This document shows, one piece after another, positions 38,536 through 50,300 of a stretch of 64,000 nucleotides of DNA. Within the stretch, counting starts at the first letter, position 1; every line of letters starts with the position of its first letter. Source of the stretch: Tubiluchus corallicola (Eukaryota > Animalia > Priapulida); the NCBI GenBank assembly GCA_030141605.1, contig JAQGDQ010000304.1, positions 186,001-250,000 of the forward strand, read 5' to 3'. The notes under the pieces are model-generated. The model ran no database searches, was not told the origin of the DNA, and saw only the letters and a program-made list of their open reading frames with translations. A program made the position numbers and the translations under genes.

Positions 38536-41500
38536 ATGTGCGAATCATCGTCATCTCCGGATCCGTTGGAAAGATTTCAACCGCGTCCCCACTCAAATGG
38601 AAGTAGCGACGGAAGCGGTTTTTCTCCAGGATCAGCCGGTGGCCAGACTGGCAACATCGATAGTCCTAAAAAAAGAAAAGGTATTTTTTGCACATAATAA
38701 TACCGAGTATCACTGTAATTTTGGGGTTTTGAAAGCGTTTGAAGCCTATATTGTACAGATTGGTTTTTGTTGCAGCTGGCACTCAGTACATTCCCAGTTA
38801 CTTAAAGACAAGCGAATCGCCTGAAATGTGCGCCGTTTGCGGGGATGCTGCTACTGGATTACATTATCGCTGCATGACGTGTGAAGGATGTAAGGTAAGA
38901 CCGCGTGAACAAGTGTTCTTATTTTAGCCAGTTGGTTATTTTAGGTTGTTACATTACCTGCCAGATCAGCCAAAATCGTGTTGGTCGCTTTGGATCAGGT
39001 AACAATTCGGTGCTTGGTTATAATTATAATTTTACTTTGGAATTTCGTTTGCCTGAAATTCTCTGTTTTAACGAGAAAAATAAACAAATAATTCGTACTT
39101 ACATAGCAGTAGTACTCATTTTCGATTAACTTAATAGCCAATCTATTATTGTTCTGATTGTAGGGATTTTTTCGACGGACGGTTCAGAAGAAATTGAAAT
39201 ATCAATGCAAGAATTCACAGAACTGCACAATCTATAAGAAAACGAGAAACCAATGTCAGCAATGTAGATACAACAAATGCTTGGAAGTGGGAATGGCAAT
39301 AGACTGTATGTATGAATAAAATATAAATCTAAAATATCATGTTTCCATTTCAAGAACAAAAACGTTTTTTATTAATAGTAACGGTCGTTCTAAACCGCCC
39401 ACCGGTGCGTGAGTTGATAACAAGGACAATGTGTGTGACGTACGCGCGAGGGTGCTAGGCGCGATTGTGAGGAGTGGGTAGGTGACTAGACACCTTTGTT
39501 GTGTTGACGCCATTCCGCGTAGGTGGCCAATAGTAGAACGCTACCATTCTGTAGGGAAAGCTAACTACATGACATACATGTAGATTAATAACCTGTAATA
39601 ACAATATATGCTGAAAGCACGATAATCATTTGCTTTATTGCGTAAATGAAATGCATGGGTCCTCTTTATCCCTCATTATTTTTTGCAAATCGATAGACTT
39701 TTTACTGATCTTAACCCATTAGCCAATCTTTTTACTAGACCACCTCAAGTCAGGCTTTTTAAATCTAACATAGAAACCTTCTACCAAAATAATAAGTTGG
39801 TAAGCAAGATTTATTCTAGCTCAAGTTCTTGAACTCTAGGGAAAATATCGTATTAAAAAATGAAAGATCGTGATGTGTTAAGGAACCAAAGGTCAGTGGG
39901 TAAAAAGGTTGGTTGGCAACTGAATTTAGGACTTGAAAAAACTGATTTTTGGCCACTACCTTACAAATTATATAATTTACTTATAGTTATAACTGTTATA
40001 AATCTTAGTGGTGTTGAATGAGCAGCAAAGAAAAGAAAAGAGGTTATTAATTCAAGCAAATCGACAGCGAAGACGAGAAGAGAAACAGAATAAGAATGGG
40101 AGTGACGAGGAGGGCACTACAGAGGAAGAGAGAGCTTTCATCAGACAAGTGGCTGATGCATACATGAAAGCCTTCGGAAACAAGGTAATTAGGATAAATT
40201 GTCAGTCTTATTCAAATTCTCAGTTTACATATGTTACTTGGATTCGGTATTGACATTGGCACATTTGTCGTCTAACATAATGTCAATCATTTTCGTTGAC
40301 TGCCCAATCAGCGTGCAAGTTATTTCACACACCCCTGCAGTCGGTACGTTCAGGATATATAGCTACAGCTCCGATTAACACTGTTATGAAAAATGCTGAA
40401 CTTTGTTATTGTCAATTGAAATTGCAAGTGAATTGGTGGAAATACATAGTCTAGTTTCGTTTATAGGAAGAAATGCACATTGCTTACGTCTATGAGTTGC
40501 TGATTAAACCATTTTGCAATCAAGAAAATGCGCAGTTTAGTTTAGTTTATGGCTTTGCAAGTTTAGATAAAAACAAGTATTTGATTAACTTTAGATATAA
40601 GGACAAAACAAAATGTTTTCTTTTCTGGCCAATTTTTATAAACCTCAATGAGATCTTCACAATCAAAATTAATTCAAATGTGGTCAAAACCTATATTTTG
40701 CATCAATGTAATAGTAGTTAATTTCACGCTATTTTTCTGGTTATAATCATGGTAAAAGCTACCATTGGGACTTATGTAACTCGGGCATTCAATATAAGGG
40801 TCGTCTATGGAAAGGAACAATTAAATTTATTCCATTTCCGTAGCCTAACAATCGGAAAAATACATAAACTTAATAAATCTTGCAGACGAGCACATGATCA
40901 ATTAATATACAAAAATACATCGCAGGCTTGATGTTCGTATGTTTAAAGGCAAGAGAGATATTTTTGTTGCTCATTTATTGTAAAGCAAGGCTAACTGGCT
41001 TAGTTTCTTTATTACATTTATGTCTCTGTGTTTTGTAGTGCTTTGACATTTCGTCCCTACATTCCGTTTAAATTGAAGTCATTTTTTTGCTACTTGAAGC
41101 GTTCATTTCTTGATAAAATAGCTGCTGCCCTGAAAATTTGTGTTTATGAGAAAGAGCAATCAGTTTATCTGCTGATTAGACGTTAGTTGTGACTGTCATG
41201 TTGTTTAGCATAGTTTAGTTTAGCTTTGACAGTTGTCCTGCGCGAGCTGTTGTCCCGAATGCTGCCGAGCGTGCTTACAGCGGCGTATTACAGTGTTGCA
41301 GCGGGGGTGGAGCGATAGACCAATTAATTCGAGAATAAGAATAACACTATGAATTAATAGTTTTAAACATTGAATTTTAGGATGTCAACACCTTTTTCAT
41401 GAACGACGTTGGACAAAGAAGTGAAAACGCAACTCGTCTTTTTACAGAAGTCATCTCACAAAATATCGAGAAAACCGTCAAGTTTTCAAGAGGAATCCCA

Positions 41501-42819
41501 GGATTTGAAGATGTATGTAAAGTGTTAAACCAGGCTATCAATCAAGAAATAGTTAATATCAGTTATCATTCTTTTGTCATGACAAATCAACAATTTGGAA
41601 TTTTAAGTATTTAAGAAATTTCCTCCTACCAAAGGACAGAAAAATGTTCTATTATTTATTAACGTAACTTTAGTAGTTTTTCAGCACACTGTGATACTGC
41701 TTGACTTTTCAAATTTTTGCCTTGAATTAGCTTTTGCAACAATATTTTGTACAGTTGGATGTGCAGGACAGAATTTTGTTGATAAGGAAAGGTGTAATGG
41801 AACTGATGTGTCTCAGGCTTGGACTCGACCACGAATTACTCATGCTAAGGAGCAGATATGGAGTAAGAAATTTTATTTCACAAAACAGAAAAACAGCTCC
41901 AAGTTTTAAAGTGGCTAGAATATTTGTTTGTTAATTCTCTTTCATATCTGTTTATCTGTTGATTGCACTTGTTTTTTTGCCAATATATGATGTGAGCTTT
42001 TTTTACTTTTTTAGTTGCTTCTAATCAGAATTTGATATTTCTCTGCCATTATAATATTTTAGCGACTCGTACAATTTCTTACAGACGTTTTTCAATGTGA
42101 AAGCTACATAAAGCTATATATCGTAATTACAAAATGTAATTTAAAATTAAAATTAAATATCTGGTATTAAGTGATAAGAAATAAAAAAGGACGTTATACA
42201 ATTTAGGTATGCCAGGAATTAGATGAAGTCAGTCACAAATTCGAGCAAGCAGCGATGAAATCAGCAGTCAATCTGGCTTCTAACATTGCCAAACTAGAAA
42301 TGAACTCTGAAGAACTGGGTCTTTTCAGTGCGCTGCTTCTATGTCATCATGGTAAGCTTCAGTGTTTGTGAGTGTATCTATGAAGCAGTTACAGCACACC
42401 AGTAGCATACTGGCAATTAGTGGTATATTGGCAGATTTTTGTGTTTGTTTATTATAATTATGGAAACCACCAGAATTGAGAAACAAAAATACGTATATTG
42501 CGTGTGACGTTTGGTGACAGTCCTTACACGTAGAATGATGTTGTTTTTTGTCTTTCTAGATCAGCCCGAGTTGAAACATCCACAAGCAGTCGAAGTATTG
42601 CAAGATAAAGTGTTGAGCTCGTTTCAACATTATTTATGTGATATCTATCCCAAACAACCAGTAAAGTGGGGTAAGGTACTAGTGAAGATGACAACGTTAA
42701 GAACCATCACTTCTCAACTAGCTGAAGTCATGAACATGAAACCATTTGATATCGACGAAGACGACCTACGAGGACGAATTTTCCTGGAGATATTTGGCAG
42801 TCCACAGTCAGGACAGTAA
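38536..42819 (+). CDS. THR: Thyroid hormone receptor-like nuclear receptor (NR1A), 8 coding exons, ~408 aa, divergent ligand-binding domain
   Basis: Exons 38536-38680, 38776-38894, 39164-39305, 40009-40184, 41381-41512, 41755-41862, 42207-42351 and 42560-42819 total 1227 nt in frame. TR-type features: YIPSYL before the DBD; [31 protein letters not shown]; [39 protein letters not shown]; [14 protein letters not shown]; AF-2 IFLEIF. The start codon and the 41862 donor are the least certain points. Confidence 0.85.
40285..41324. mobile_element. ~1.04 kb non-autonomous element, copy 2 (THR intron)
   Basis: Same orientation as 33926-34988 and visibly similar, e.g. AATCATTTTCGTTGACTGC.CAATCAGCGTG, GCAGGCTTGATGTTCGTATGTTTAAAGGCAAG, TTGTCCCGAATG. 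Confidence 0.75.
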
Positions 42820-43199
42820 CACGTTTAGTTCATCTTGTTTAACCCATTTCATTTATTTATAATGTCATCAGTGTTGTGTTTATAACTCAAATTTGCTTAA
42901 AATAATCTTCTTTCAAAGTCTGGATTACCAAAGTTATCATTTTTAATTCATTTTTTGTGATAAACGATGTACAGAAACTGACAGTTAGTTTGCATTTATA
43001 AGACAGGGATACAGAGCAAGTGATTAGCAGGGACATTACAGTTAATGTTACACACAAAATATTGTCATAATAATGTCATTACTTAATTTGACCAAGTCGA
43101 GTCAAGTCAAGCCCTGTATTTGCCTATCAGAATATTATTAGACGCAGCAATGAAAATATTTTTAGATACATGTAGTATTGCTTTAAATGTGGTGAAAGT

Positions 43200-43255
43200 A
43201 ATAAACACAGAAAATGTATATAAGAAACACAACTTTCTATACAGGTAAATTTATT
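43200..43255. terminator. Converging candidate poly(A) signals of THR (+, AATAAA 43200-43205) and RAR (-, TTTATT 43250-43255)
   Basis: Both hexamers are visible between the two stop codons. Usage is not demonstrated and other hexamers exist nearby. Confidence 0.3.
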
Positions 43256-44389
43256 ACCATGACAGTTTAGTCAAAATCAGCATCTATAATACAAATGTGG
43301 TTTTATGAAGAAGAAATAATTGATGTAGTAAAAATGGAAAAGTACTTTACCAAACTAATAATATCAGAAACTGAGGCTGTGTAGTAACCTGATTTTCCTT
43401 AAAATTATATTAATTTTTTGCACGATTCTCAAATTGAAATTACAAACTCTATTACATTCACTTTTATAAAAATATTCTTTGATGACTACATTTTTACAAA
43501 ATTTATATTTCATTCCTCTCTCCTCACCAGTTCACACGTCAAAATGCGGCCAGAGCAGGATAAACTTGAAAATGGACACAGGATGCAAAATTGCATGGTA
43601 AAAAGAAAAGTAAATTTTTGCTTCAAATTCTACCCATGCTCAATATAGAAAATAAATGAAACTATCTTTACTTACATCCATCCATTTTACTCTGTTTTGT
43701 CAATATTAGAGTAATAGAGACTAGTCAACTAGGTAAGGTGAAACTGTACAAGGTACCTCAACAGAGAAATTGCAATCATATGATAATTATAACACAGACA
43801 ATACTAAGTTTACAAACAAATACTTAACAAGCATATCTAAGGTAATTATATAATGCTAGGATAAAACATCTCAGATTTTATATCTACACAGATTTCAAAA
43901 AGTTGTAATCATGGACATAATTGATAAATCATCCTATCACAAAAATAGTTGAACTTGAATTCTTCGGTCTATTTCACTAATTAGTATTCTAACTGGTAGT
44001 GAATTTCCTAATTCTGAAAAGCATGCAATTAAAATCAGTGCAAAGCACAAATAAAACTTGAAAGTTTATTAAAAGTGCAGCCGTTGCACGAATGACAGAC
44101 TTGTTTTTCAATAGAATTTTCATTAAATAACTCAGTAATAGGTAAATATAACAACAATGGGCCTGTTTTTACAAGCCTCAAATAAACTAAAAATCTCACT
44201 GCCTGTAAGATTCATCAACGTTTGCAACAAAACAGCATAACATGAACTAGGTGTGCCTAATGATGCACCTAATTAATCAAAAGGCGTAACAATTGCCATG
44301 GCAGGCAGTGATTCTTAATAATGTTATTTATACAATTTTGGCGACATTGTAAAACTTGAAAGGCATAATTCAATTATCAATACAAGTTC

Positions 44390-47300
44390 CTAAGGAATAC
44401 AGACATTTTCTTCACGATCTAGGATTTCTCTCACCAATGGATGTAAACCTTGCTCGGATGAATTGTCACGCTTCAAGTGCAGCACTTTCTCTGCGCCTAA
44501 AATAAATTGTGTTAGTTAACTAATCCTGCCAATTCAAGTTAGGTGCCCAATTACATAATTCATTATTGAACACAAAATTAAGTGCAATTTTTTTATAAAA
44601 TTTTGCACTCTGCAATCCAGAAAAGGCACCTATTACATATCTATAAAGCCTGCTATTAATGTTGAATAACTATGGCAAGATCAGACCACAGCTCAACACA
44701 ATGGACAAACCTCTCATATGAGATGTAAACTGACAGAGGTGTGTTAGGCACATATAGAATAATTAAGAATCTGCTACCCTATGATGTTATTTGTTTTATA
44801 AAATTTTTGCATGGCCATTAAGCTTGACAAATTGTCAGAAATTATTCTGGCTACTGCTGGAAGAAGAAAAACAAACATGAGAGGAAATTTCGTTTTTTTC
44901 ACACAGGATGTATGGTAGTAATAAGTTACAAATTAAATAAAACAATTGTAAATAATTAAGGAACAAAATAATCAATGAAATTTTTTAGATTTACATAAAA
45001 ATATCTTATGATTTCATCTGAAAAATGAGCAGTTTTATTACCTTTAACGCTAATACTTCTGAGGTCCGTCAGTTTCATGAGCAGCTTGGCAAAGGAGTGT
45101 GGCTGGGTTGGACGCCGGATACGTATATGATACTTGAGGCCCTCTAATATGGGTTCCTGTAACTTTTCTACTTTATCACTCTCCGTTAAACCCGTTCTAT
45201 CTGCAAATGCACAAAAGTAATCGCATCACAACAATGAGATTGGCGGACTGGTTAAGTTTCACGCATTAAGTGTCAGACCTCATTCTTATGTAGAAGCTTG
45301 CTAATCTCATAGCCTATCAACTTTTGTACATACAAATGTGCCACTTGTGCAAGATACAACAAATTTTCAGCTAATAACAAATTTTATTGGCTAGTTGCCA
45401 AAACTTCCTCCTGCTGTTGAAAATATACATAGTGAGTGGCATGTATCTCGTTGCAATGACCTAAGTGTGAAAGTGTCATCTTAACGATTTACACTTTTAG
45501 ATGTATTTATTAATACTGTGACCTTATTGTTTAGATAATTACTTTTCATTTATTCACAATAAGTCTCTGCACAAAATCAGTGTTTATGTAGACAGTAAGG
45601 ATTACCAAACCAAAAAATTCAGGTATACAATAATTTTGTGCACACATTAACAGATTAATCAATCTCCACAATTTTTACGAAATAAAAAGGTTCTCTGCAC
45701 GTCTGTAGTATTATTTATTGTAGGATCTTACTGTTAACCATATAGTCAAAAGTTTAGCATTTTTATATAAAAATAAAGTGATCTGTAACTGCGAGTAGCT
45801 CTGCTAGTCGCATGTCATCGTACAGCAGCATTATTACATGAACAATGTCTCAGTGTTTTCTGACTAAAGTGTAAGATAAGGGCAGTAAAACAGAGTAAAT
45901 ATAGATTTTTTTCATAAACAAGTCCCAAATTCAATGTACAAAGAAGTCCCAAAATGTCTTCAAAATGCAAGGAATCTGGCCGTGTATGAATGGCGTCGAT
46001 GACAAACCATTCCCACAGGCTCTCACTTTTTAGCATTTCGGCAACCAAAAGCTCTGACTAGGTAGAATATTTACACATTGCCTACATTTTTTCTGAGAAA
46101 AGCATGCGCACATGTAGAAAACTATGAAACCCTACCAGCTAGTCTTAGTTAATCAAACTGTAAGCAAAAACTTTGGAACAATTCTTCATTGTACATTTTG
46201 TCTTGCCTACACTGATTAAATCCTCAATGTCATTTTTTTCAACAGAGATACCCATATTTCGCACTGTCGCTTAACACACACTGATTGATTTGAAGCAAAC
46301 TCTGAAATGATGAAACCAAGTTGAATTCAGACATCACTTGCTATTAGCATCCTAAACTTAATTAAGGAAGCATTTGAATATAACATACCACCACTCATGA
46401 GGCAGATAGCAGAAAGCAGAGCAATTTCCATTTCATCAACATCCATTAATTTAAATGATCTAAAATAAAAAAAGGTCGAGGCAACTATATAAAATATCAG
46501 AGTTCCAACAAGTATGTACACACGATTTTTGTAATTGAACTGCACTACAAACAGCAATATTTTTATAGGTGCTTATGCGTCATTTTGATCAAAATTTCAC
46601 ATTGCACCTTATCTACGCATAATAAAAAGAAATTAAAAAATAAATCAGTTATTGCAATATTCCAAAATAATACTGTTACACTAGCAGTTCCAACATTAAC
46701 TGAAAATGCAGAAGAAAATCGAAACCTGAGTAATGATAAACAAGACTGACAATGGTTTCGTTGCCCGTCAATTTAGCGACATGAATATTACATTTATTGC
46801 TGAGAAATTGTTTTAGTTTACCCTAGAATTAAGTGTTGCATTTCACAAAATGATGAGACAAAATAAATAGATTTAAAACCCAATAAGAAAACTACCAGCT
46901 CTCACCAAAGCATCATATTCTAGACTCTAGACTGTTGATGGTTTTATGTTAACTAAGACTTGTTACTGTATATTTGAAAATTTAAAGATACATGGAGCAC
47001 AAACACATTATGATCTACTTAATTACTACCACAAGTTATTTGACGGCAATTATTCATTATGTTTGGGAAGATCATTATTACATTAACTGCTGCATTCCTT
47101 GCTAAACAGGCAGACAGCAATAAATGAAAATAAGTGATCAACTTGGTGACCCACAAAGCAAATAAATGCAATATAAGCAGCTTTGCAGATACAATTACAG
47201 TTTTAATTTTTCGAAATGTATTCATGCAGCTCAAGTTTCAGAAGCCAAATGAACATTTTTTAGACACGAAATGTAAAATCAAACTGCAAATAATTTACAG

Positions 47301-50300
47301 GTAACACCAAGTTTTATTCCGTTTAGATTTGTCTGTTTAATGCTTTATCTTGTTGTGTCTCTTACATTTCTAAAGATTAAACTGCAAACAAAATTTTATC
47401 GTTTTTCTAAATTTCCAAATCATGAATAGGTAAAACAATATGCAACTGTGTTGCTTTTTTATTCACCTATGTATGCTTAACATGGCCCTTTTTTGTATGG
47501 CAAACAGGACAAAGCTTCATTATCGTGCTAAGCAGTCCACAAGTGCCTTTATTAAACTAAGAATTAAGAAGGTAACTTAGTCACGAGAAGTCAAAAATTT
47601 CATTTTCTAAGACACTTACGATTGGTTAAGTAAGATGTCGAATATAGCAATTTATGAAGCCAGTGAAAAGTTCACTACCATCAAATACTCTATTGAAGCA
47701 ACACAGTTATGTAAATGTTACTATAAATGCATTGCCAAGACAAGAATTTGCACTAGATATTTCCTTTCACACTTTAACCTAGCATTCCAGAGATAAACTA
47801 TATTTGTGTTTCTTTAAGCAACATTTATAATATAAGCATAGTGCTCAAGTAGAACTTATGCAAAAGACACTTACTTAGAAAAACAATAGATAGTTTCAGC
47901 TAATGTGCCAAGGCCAGATTCGTGAAGCTGGTCTTTCGTAAAAGTTAGACCATTTGAAAATTTCATTGTGCCGTCTTCTTGATATCTTGACGTCAATCGC
48001 AATATCTATGTTAAAAAATATAATATAATTGCACCAGTAGATGAGATATAAAATTTCAATAGCTTATATAATCCTCTTGAAAATATATAAAAATTAAATA
48101 TGAAGCAATAATAGCTTGATATTTCAAAGCACAGTATCACAGGGAATTTGTCGATGCTACATAGAAGCAAACAGACTAATTTACCAAAATGTCAACTTCG
48201 AAATCTACTTTTAACACCACAACATTAATGCTCTTTATTGCTTGCTTGGAAGATGCACACACCTTTACAAATTAAGCAGCACAGTATAGCTAATGAACTG
48301 CCAGAATCATCTGGTTGTGCTTATTTGTAACTTAAAAACTAAAGATGAGCAGTGATCATTACACGCACTCACGCACGCATGCACACAATTTTTAAGCTAA
48401 ACAACTGGAAATAAGTAGTTTGAAGTAAATTAGGCTCTTAAATAAACGTTATCACAAAATATCAGGTAACGTAGTAATCAAATTTAACACTAAAATATCC
48501 CGACAATTTCGCTTAATTCAAAAACTGTGACTGCAACACAACAATTGCATCCGTTATACTAATGCTTTAGCAGAGCTTTCTGTTGACAAATGACTGGATC
48601 GTACCAAAACAAAATCTCCACACACACACACGGCGACAGCATTGTCCATTCTGTGAGTAAACTTACCATAATTTCCAAGCAACTAGATTTAAGCAAACAG
48701 ATCTGATCTGTCATATTTAAAGTTGTGAAGCCTGGTACTTTCTTTGAAAAGTCCACGATCATTGTGATCCCCCGTGAAGACAACTCTGTCACTTTCTCCC
48801 AAATGACCATTTGAACATCTCCGCCCAACGCAGCCTCCATACGTGGACTGGAATCCTGTGTTGTTGACTGCAAATGCAATTACCAATCTCGTAGTTTTGT
48901 ACAAACAATGTTTTAGCTCGTGTGTGTTTAAATGAATTGTACACAGTGTTTTAATTTCACTTATTCAACACTAACTGTAACTGTTTGAGTTTCATGTACC
49001 ATCAGTAAGTGATTCAGGAATATAAGAATAACCAGTACAAAAATTTGAATCTCTTCATAGGACACAAACGTATTTGTATATTCAATTTCATTACAAACAA
49101 ACAATACATTAAAAATCACATATAATTATTTATGTCAGTACAAAACTGGTCATATTAGTTAGCTAGTTGCCAGTGGTTGTTATCCAAGTGTTTGCAGTTC
49201 AAGTCTTAAAATGGCCATTCTGATTTGTCCCCTTGAAGACAGCTTACTGACTGAAACTGACACCATACATTTCAAAACACACAGAGACAAGTACAATATA
49301 TGACAATGAAATTTTGTACCTGATAAGGTTCTTCTTTGATGCAAACAGAAGGAAATGTCGTCGTGTGAGCATCTAATATAACATTAATCAAATGTTCTAC
49401 ATCTGGAGCTATAGTTACAGGCTGTGGTGGGGGTAATACGTTTAAAGTGTCTTCAAATTTTTTTCGCTTTTTGTTTTTTTCATGCCTCAGTGCTACAAGT
49501 ACAAAATAAATCATTCATTATACACTAATACATGTTTGCAAGCATGAATACATTTTCCTTTATGCATTGTCAATGATCAAAAAGTAATTTCACTAAAACG
49601 ATGTACACACTAATTACTTACACACTGCTAAGCATAAAGCCATTCAGTAAAAATTCAATCATTTTGAAGAAAACATTGTAAGTATCTTGTAAATGCACAT
49701 AAGACATTGACATTAGACTTAACATCTTGCTCTTAGATATTAGCATTTTATTCTTTTTATAAATAATAATTTTAAATGCAGTAATAACTTTCTACTTTTC
49801 AAGATTTCTCCTCCACGCCAAATAAATCTGGCTCAGAAATCCCGCATTGCTTAACAAATAACGCATCATTCCCTCAAAAAGAAAACCAGTACACAGTAAC
49901 AAAGCATATTGATTTTGCTCATAATGCATATGCGGGCCAATATTCATTTGGCTTGTCGATATGTTTATTGCTCTTGGCATAAAACACTCCAGTGCCTTTA
50001 GCCAAAGCAACCTTTAACTCGGAAAGTAATGAATGAACAGACAATAGAAGGCCAGCATTTTACTCTTTCTAAGTAATCCCTGCCAGTGGAAAAGACACAT
50101 TACAAAAGTCCTCTTGTAAAAAATGTCAAATTGAAGCAATTTGATACTGGATTAGATAACAAATACTTGCTCTACCTGCATAAAAATAAAAACTGAAGAG
50201 CTGTTTAATGTGACACACAGACTCACATTCAGGACTAACACTGTTACAGTATGCTAACTGTGTTAGCCTGGATATTTCTATAACTTTGCTTGCCATTTTA

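Noticed and set aside
41863-41910. Extension of the THR exon to an alternative phase-0 donor (AAA|gtggct)
   Set aside because: Weaker donor than GGA|gtaaga. It cannot be excluded without cDNA but was not used in the model.
42820-44389. A Rev-erb/NR1D gene between THR and RAR, as in the vertebrate clusters
   Set aside because: No zinc-finger or LBD exons are visible in the interval or elsewhere in the window.
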